Part shown: positions 58,894 to 64,000 of the stretch, one piece after another
Layout of the letters: every line of letters starts with the position of its first letter
How positions within the stretch are numbered: position 1 is the stretch's first letter
DNA from: Phycisphaerae bacterium
GTDB lineage: Bacteria; Planctomycetota; Phycisphaerae; UBA1845
Assembly (NCBI GenBank): GCA_029260235.1
Contig: JAJDDP010000015.1
Span: forward strand, 93,315 to 157,314
DNA length: 64,000 nucleotides
Direction of reading: 5' to 3'
Notes under the pieces: model-generated
The model's input: only the letters and a program-made list of their open reading frames with translations
Databases searched by the model: none
Told to the model about the DNA's origin: nothing
Position numbers and translations under genes: made by a program

Positions 58894-60522
58894 ATGAATC
58901 GGCGATGGCTTCGCAATTGCGGGATCGGCTTCTCGATTCTGACGATGCCGACATCCGCTCTTAGTGCCGCCTGGAACATCCAGTCGCATAACCGGGTCGT
59001 CAGTGCAATTTCCACTGCCCGGATTGATAGCAGCCAAGTAAGCGATTCGGATTTCCAGGACCAACCTGGGTTCGGCCTCTTCGCCTCCCAAATCCAAGCC
59101 AATGCTTCGATCACGGACAACACGCCGGGGAACGAACGATTCGCGAACGCTGGGGCTGGGGCCAGTCAGACTTCCGTGCTGGCTTCAAATAGAATCACCG
59201 TGTCGGGTTTTGCCGCGGGAACATCCGATACCGACGGGATGGGCACTTTCGCTGAGACGGACGCCTTTTCCGACCTCTTCGTGCAATTCGAAGTGACCGA
59301 GGCCGCTGCTGCCCAATTGACCGGATCACTTGAATCGTTTGATTTTGGCCAAGCCAATGTATCTTTCACCGGGCCATCTGGATTGCTATTCAGCACCACC
59401 GTTCAGGGACTTACCGAATTCCTAAGCCTCGACGAAACATGGCTCCTCGCCCCGGGCGTCTATACATTTAGCCTTAACACATTTGCCGATTCCGCTGCCG
59501 GCGGCGCCGGCGCATTCGATGGCCAGAGGATAAACTTTGACCTCGATCTTTCCCTGCTGGAGTGCGCCGGACCCATCGATCCGACCGAGTTTGAAAACGT
59601 CGCCTACGGCATAACGGCTGCCTCCGATGCCGCCTATCTGAATCTTGACCTGATCAACGGCCAACCGTGGGCAACTGCGGGCGCGATGGGCAGTGGCAGT
59701 TCCAGCGGTGCGGGGTTGGCCTTTGATCCCATCACAAGTGTGATCTATGCCCTGGCCGAGATTGGCGGCGTGCAGACACTTGTGACGCTAAACCCCAACA
59801 GCGGAACCATAGAATCAAGCGTCGCCATCTTCAATCCCGACCCCTTTGCTTTCTCCGACTTGCTAGACATCGCCTTTCGGCCGGACGGCACCTTGTACGG
59901 GATTTATTCGTTCTTATTCGTATCAGCCCAGATCGGAACCGTGGACATCAACTCGGGGGTGGTCGCGCCGTTTGCTCTTGGGACTGTCGGCCATTCTTCT
60001 GCGTCGGGAAGTGCAGCCCTCGCTTTCGACCCGGTAGGCGGCTTGCTCTACAATGCGGCAGGATCAGCTTTGTGGACTATTGATGTGGACACAGGATCCT
60101 TCACCGAGATACCGCTGGGCAGCCCGCCTGCTTTTACATCATTGGCCTTTCATCCAGACGGCTTGCCCTTCATTGCGTGTACGGAGGCAGGGGCCATCAC
60201 CACCATCGACCCGTTAAACGGCACAGTGGCTGACCTACCCGGCGTGTTGGACCCGCCCGCAGACCTCAGTGGCCTGGACTTCGCAGCCGTCATATTGCTC
60301 GGAGGTGACCCAGCCAGTTGCCACCCCAGTGACGGCAATCTCGGAGACATGGACGGTGATGGGCAAGCCGCTCTCGGGGACCTCATGGCCTTTGCCGCTT
60401 GTATGACCGGGCCGGGCCTGGGCATCGGCAGCTCATCCTGCTTGACGGCTGATATGCAGACCGACGGCGACATTGACTTGGCGGACTACGCAGAATTCGA
60501 ACGACTTCTCAGCGCACCTTAG
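58894..60522 (+). CDS. Secreted protein with beta-propeller-like repeats and a C-terminal EF-hand/dockerin-like pair
   Basis: ATG 58894 has GGGGAG upstream; the track start at 58858 is TTG. Repeats of the type LAFDP…LY… / IAFRPDGTLYG / LAFHPDGLPF are present. The tail reads GDMDGDGQAALGDLMAFAACMTGP…CLTADMQTDGDIDLADYAEFERLL. Confidence 0.7.
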   Translation: MNRRWLRNCGIGFSILTMPTSALSAAWNIQSHNRVVSAISTARIDSSQVSDSDFQDQPGFGLFASQIQANASITDNTPGNERFANAGAGASQTSVLASNRITVSGFAAGTSDTDGMGTFAETDAFSDLFVQFEVTEAAAAQLTGSLESFDFGQANVSFTGPSGLLFSTTVQGLTEFLSLDETWLLAPGVYTFSLNTFADSAAGGAGAFDGQRINFDLDLSLLECAGPIDPTEFENVAYGITAASDAAYLNLDLINGQPWATAGAMGSGSSSGAGLAFDPITSVIYALAEIGGVQTLVTLNPNSGTIESSVAIFNPDPFAFSDLLDIAFRPDGTLYGIYSFLFVSAQIGTVDINSGVVAPFALGTVGHSSASGSAALAFDPVGGLLYNAAGSALWTIDVDTGSFTEIPLGSPPAFTSLAFHPDGLPFIACTEAGAITTIDPLNGTVADLPGVLDPPADLSGLDFAAVILLGGDPASCHPSDGNLGDMDGDGQAALGDLMAFAACMTGPGLGIGSSSCLTADMQTDGDIDLADYAEFERLLSAP

Positions 60523-62209
60523 CGGGTGACCCTGCTTCGGTCAGCAAGGGATAGAGCATGGCGATCCCCGAGCCCGGTGGAGCCTGCTCGGCTGCTAACT
60601 TCAAATTCGGCATGCCGAACTTTGCAAGCCCGCTGTAGTATTCCGCGTACCCCAGCAGAAACCTGAATCGGTAGTCGTCACTCGTTTCAAGCCTACGCTC
60701 TAGTTCCGCCCGGCGCTTGTCCAGTAAGTCCTCTTCGGTGATGAACGATTGCAGGTTGAATTTCAAATGGCCAATCGCAGGGAATGCTTCGACTGCCCTG
60801 GAGAGAATCAGCGCCGCGCTGAAGAACTCTCCGGCTGCAAGCGTAGCGTGCCCCAATCCCATCAGAATCAGAGGATTCAGAGGGTCAATCATCAGCGCCC
60901 GCTCATACAATGCCTTTGCTCGGTAGTATTGGCCTTGGCGAACTTGTTCCTCTGCCTCTCGAATAAGCTGCTCAGCCGCACTTTGGGTCACACCGGCAAA
61001 TGAATCTACCGGATCAGCGAACATCGCCTGAGCATCGTGCAAGGAACCTCCAAGACGTGCCTTCTCCGAGCGGGTAGCACTCGGCGAGAGCTCTGCATCA
61101 GCGGCCTTGGCATCGTGAATCACGCGGTAGGCCATCATGAGGTCTCTGCTCATACTCACGCCGGTAGGCACAAAACCAGTCTCCGTCCCTGCTCTCGCAT
61201 CTGCCGTTTGCTGCCCTTCGCTGTCGGTGGTTTGGTCAGACAATAACATCCGCCAGCGCTGACTTGCCGGCACTGTTGAGTCATCAGCTGAGGCTGCCTC
61301 GTTTCGCCTTGATCCGAAGGACTGACTTGCAAATGTGGCAGCCCCTTCCGCGTCACCCCATCCTGCGCCTTCCTCCATGGATCTCTGCATGGCTTCCAGG
61401 GGGCTGCTCTGCCTCGCTTGGCCATCTTCGATGTACTCGGCACCCTGTTGGATCAACCACAGCCCGCCGTACGAAGTAGCTCGCTGCGTAGGAGCAAGAC
61501 CCGTCGCTGCGGTCCCGTAAGTCTGCTGCAGGGGCAAATGTTCGAGGAAGGAATTCCCCCCCGAGATGGAGACGGTCAATTGCCCGGCCGACACCGAATT
61601 GGCAGCTGAGCGAGCACCGCTCTCGGTCAGATAGCCTTGGGCATTCCTGGAAAGTCCGTAAGCAGTAACTCTCTCCGGGATGGCATACATACCGCCCGAG
61701 CCAACTCGATTGGGATCATTGAACCCGGCTGAGATGGTGCCGTAACTCGTGGTGGTTCGCTGTGGCGAATAGTAGGGCGAGGTAACCTGCGGGGTACGCC
61801 CTGCCAACACATCTGCGATGTTGACGCTGTCTCGCTCGAAATTGCTGAGCCTAGAGCTTGGCGTCGCAATAGACAAACTAAATGAATCGCGTACCGGAGA
61901 GAATGCCCGAAAGGACCGGCCTGCGGTGACGTTTCCGGTGATGTACAGATTGGCGCTATCGAACCCCAGATGTCTGGTGGCTGAGTTGAACCCACCCGAG
62001 CCAACCTGGTTGTTGGCGTCGATTCGGGCACGCGTGTCTATCTGAGCGTGAGCGCCGTCGCCGCCAAAGAAGGTGATGCCAAGGACAGCCAAGCAGCTGC
62101 CGAATCTGCGAGCGCCATTCGTGTCGGTCCGGGTGGTCACGGCAATGTACCCCCTTCTTCGTGGGACGGGACAGGTTTGGTGTGGCTCTGCCTCGGGCGA
62201 ATCACTCAC
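60509..62209 (-). CDS. Hypothetical secreted protein with a Ser/Gly/Thr-rich N-terminal half and a C-terminal TPR-like module
   Basis: 566-aa ORF with a signal-like segment (FGSCLAVLGITFFGGDGAHA) and C-terminal TPR-like helices (QGQYYRAKALYERALMIDPLNP…). The exact start is uncertain. There is a 14-nt convergent overlap with 58894..60522. Confidence 0.6.
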   Translation of the reverse strand: MSDSPEAEPHQTCPVPRRRGYIAVTTRTDTNGARRFGSCLAVLGITFFGGDGAHAQIDTRARIDANNQVGSGGFNSATRHLGFDSANLYITGNVTAGRSFRAFSPVRDSFSLSIATPSSRLSNFERDSVNIADVLAGRTPQVTSPYYSPQRTTTSYGTISAGFNDPNRVGSGGMYAIPERVTAYGLSRNAQGYLTESGARSAANSVSAGQLTVSISGGNSFLEHLPLQQTYGTAATGLAPTQRATSYGGLWLIQQGAEYIEDGQARQSSPLEAMQRSMEEGAGWGDAEGAATFASQSFGSRRNEAASADDSTVPASQRWRMLLSDQTTDSEGQQTADARAGTETGFVPTGVSMSRDLMMAYRVIHDAKAADAELSPSATRSEKARLGGSLHDAQAMFADPVDSFAGVTQSAAEQLIREAEEQVRQGQYYRAKALYERALMIDPLNPLILMGLGHATLAAGEFFSAALILSRAVEAFPAIGHLKFNLQSFITEEDLLDKRRAELERRLETSDDYRFRFLLGYAEYYSGLAKFGMPNLKLAAEQAPPGSGIAMLYPLLTEAGSPAKVR

Positions 62210-62370
62210 CGAAGCTGATATCGGCCAATCGCGATGCCATCCCTTTGTCTAATCAATGGTATGCTACCGGACGTAGCGATTCAAATGCTCCGTGGCATCG
62301 AGGCTGAGGTTGCCTGATGGCCTGCCGGAAGGCAGCAAAAGGCCGGTTGGCCTGCACGCTTGAGAGAATC

Positions 62371-62748
62371 ATGGCCCACGAGTTGACATTTCGACCTCGC
62401 CAACGTTTGTGCCGCCAGCGCGACATTGATCGCGTGTTTAGCCGGCGTTGCAGTACCGGCGGGAGCATGCTGGTGGTCTATGTTGACCGCAACCAGCTGG
62501 ATTATTCTCGGATCTGTATCAAGGTCAGCAAGAAGGTAGGCCGAGCGGTCACCCGCAACCATGTGAGACGCCGAATCCGCGAAGCCTTTCGCCTTCAACA
62601 ACAGCAAGTACCATTCGGGCTGGACATCGTTTGCATTGCCAAGGCAGGGCCCATCATCAGCGCCGACACCAACCAACTGGCAGGCGAATTGTTGCCCCTG
62701 ATCGAACGGGCACGAGGGCGGCTGGCGAAGGTAGAGCAGTGCTCGTAA
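62371..62748 (+). CDS. rnpA: Ribonuclease P protein component
   Basis: Motifs seen: RLCRQRDIDRVF and ICIKVSKKVGRAVTRNHVRRRIREAFR (the RNR motif region). ATG 62371 is preferred; 62317 is an alternative. Confidence 0.85.
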   Translation: MAHELTFRPRQRLCRQRDIDRVFSRRCSTGGSMLVVYVDRNQLDYSRICIKVSKKVGRAVTRNHVRRRIREAFRLQQQQVPFGLDIVCIAKAGPIISADTNQLAGELLPLIERARGRLAKVEQCS

Positions 62749-62839
62749 GGCCTGCGTGACAGGGCGACCACACCGCCACAGCCCCACCATCGGGCATGCC
62801 AATCAACCAAGGTCAAAACCGGTGCGGCCACGGTGACTA

Positions 62840-64000
62840 CTAGTCGATGAGGCGTTCACATTCATCAGGAATGTTGTTCTCGTTGTGGTCCTGACTTGTT
62901 TCATTCTCGATGTCGCAGTCGTCCGGCATAGAGTTGGTGTTGCAATCCTGCAAGCAATCCTCGGGCGCAACTGTCGCCTTGAAGTTCCAGTCGCTCGACG
63001 CGATGTGCGAATTGCCGCCGTGGTTCAACCAGCCCCTGCCAAACAGACCGGCCCACCCGTCATAGCCGCCCTCCCAATCGCCGAAGCGGAATGTCTCGAG
63101 GTGCTCGCCGCTGTAATCCTCCAGCGGAATCCAGGTTTGGTTCTCGCCAAAGAGCGGCCTGATTTGTCCGCTATTCGAGCCGTTGGGGGCAACGACATGA
63201 ATGTCATCGTCACCGGGAACCGGCTGAACACCGACATCGTAGAGGAACTCGAATTCCCACATGCCCGACCAGAATTCGCCATACCCATCGCCGATATCCC
63301 ACCCGCCATAAGCCTGCCCATAGATGTGGATGGAATTTGCGGTGACCTCCATCATGACGCTGGAAAGTTCATTATCGAAGTCGAACGTAAATACGTCCTT
63401 GCCTTCAGTAAGATCAAACAAGTCGTCGAGGCGCAGGCCGTAGAGCGGCGGAGCCTGGATAGCTTCGGGGTTGCTGTGCAGGATGTACTGCGTGAGGCCC
63501 GTGTCTACACAATAGCTCTCGCATGCGTCGATGATGCCGTTGCTATTGCAATCGTTGTCAGCCAACTCCTGATCGTCGGGGACGCCGTTGGGCTGGCAGT
63601 CCACGAAATCGTCAGGTGGGGGCGGTGGTGGGGCCTCTACAACCGTTATGAGGCCTGCCGACCTATCGCTTGAAGACGAGCTTTCATCCTGGATCACACC
63701 GAATAGCCAATAGACACCCGGGGCAACACCAAGAGATAGGCTTGCTCGGTCGTTTGAATCTCCATCGGGATCCTCGTCGAAGGTGCCCAGGGCAAACTCT
63801 CCGCCATCCAAGTCGCTGCTGTTGGGATCCAGGTAGAAGGTCATCGAAGCGTTGCTGTCGTCGTCTGAATCTTCCCAGGAGATCAACAGGAAACTGCCGA
63901 CTGCGAGGGTCGTGTCGGTCCCCGGCGAGAGAATGTTCAGCGTGGGCGGTTCGTTGGCCAACACAGTGACCAAGCCCGGCGCTACCGCTTCGGCTGATCC
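62840..64000 (-). CDS. Secreted acidic protein with paired C-x-x-NG-(I/V)-PD-x-C motifs; 5' end lies outside the window
   Basis: The reading frame stays open from 63973 to the window edge, so the gene is partial. Motifs seen: DCQPNGVPDDQELADNDCNSNGIIDACE, and near the C-terminus DCNTNSMPDDCDIENETSQDHNENNIPDECE. Confidence 0.7.
   Translation of the reverse strand, partial: GSAEAVAPGLVTVLANEPPTLNILSPGTDTTLAVGSFLLISWEDSDDDSNASMTFYLDPNSSDLDGGEFALGTFDEDPDGDSNDRASLSLGVAPGVYWLFGVIQDESSSSSDRSAGLITVVEAPPPPPPDDFVDCQPNGVPDDQELADNDCNSNGIIDACESYCVDTGLTQYILHSNPEAIQAPPLYGLRLDDLFDLTEGKDVFTFDFDNELSSVMMEVTANSIHIYGQAYGGWDIGDGYGEFWSGMWEFEFLYDVGVQPVPGDDDIHVVAPNGSNSGQIRPLFGENQTWIPLEDYSGEHLETFRFGDWEGGYDGWAGLFGRGWLNHGGNSHIASSDWNFKATVAPEDCLQDCNTNSMPDDCDIENETSQDHNENNIPDECERLID

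Noticed and set aside
62261-62370. Possible rpmH (L34) remnant. The N-terminal extension of the 62317 ORF reads MACRKAAKGRLACTL, vaguely like the L34 C-terminus (…RRAKGRKRLT), and the same frame upstream reads …SNAPWHRG before a stop.
   Set aside because: The spacing between the H-G and KGR elements is about 7 residues too short. An in-frame TGA interrupts it, and no FR-RM core is present. I treat it as chance similarity in a basic leader.

Overview
This is a gene-dense bacterial chromosomal segment that looks G+C-rich by eye (nothing was computed). Its gene content points to Planctomycetota: a DUF1559/H-X9-DG prepilin-like protein, a DUF1570-like HExxH protein, an ECF sigma factor next to a Ser/Thr kinase, and several very large Cys-rich secreted proteins ending in EF-hand/dockerin-like pairs. 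I call about 47 protein-coding genes and one gene remnant. I recognised no rRNA, tRNA, CRISPR array, transposase or integrase.

Housekeeping genes recognised from motifs: dus, an M32 carboxypeptidase, xdhC plus a mocA-like gene, an S9 peptidase, an MFS transporter, an SNF2 helicase, scpB, kdsC, trpS, scpA, a RidA-family gene, tsaE, thiL, a CapD/PglF-like dehydratase, a TlpA-like thioredoxin, a class-I aminotransferase and rnpA. A pilin / small membrane protein / secretin / TPR-lipoprotein operon sits at the left edge.

Observations most worth follow-up:
1. A visibly AT-richer two-gene islet (34.6-36.0 kb) pairs a single-HKD PLD-family nuclease with a DMP19/DUF4375 DNA-mimic-like protein. This may be a nuclease-inhibitor module.
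2. A 1152-aa N-terminally anchored protein lies directly downstream of kdsC, where lptC-lptA sit in E. coli. It may be a giant LptC/LptA-like periplasmic bridge.
3. Four large secreted proteins carry two classes of conserved C-terminal EF-hand-pair modules, with shared Cys-knot modules and an internal tandem duplication of an uncharacterised domain.
4. A monocistronic, almost acid-free, hyper-basic 149-aa protein follows a 740-bp ORF-free region.

All family assignments rest on motifs read by eye. No database search, alignment statistic or composition calculation was run. Domain boundaries are approximate.
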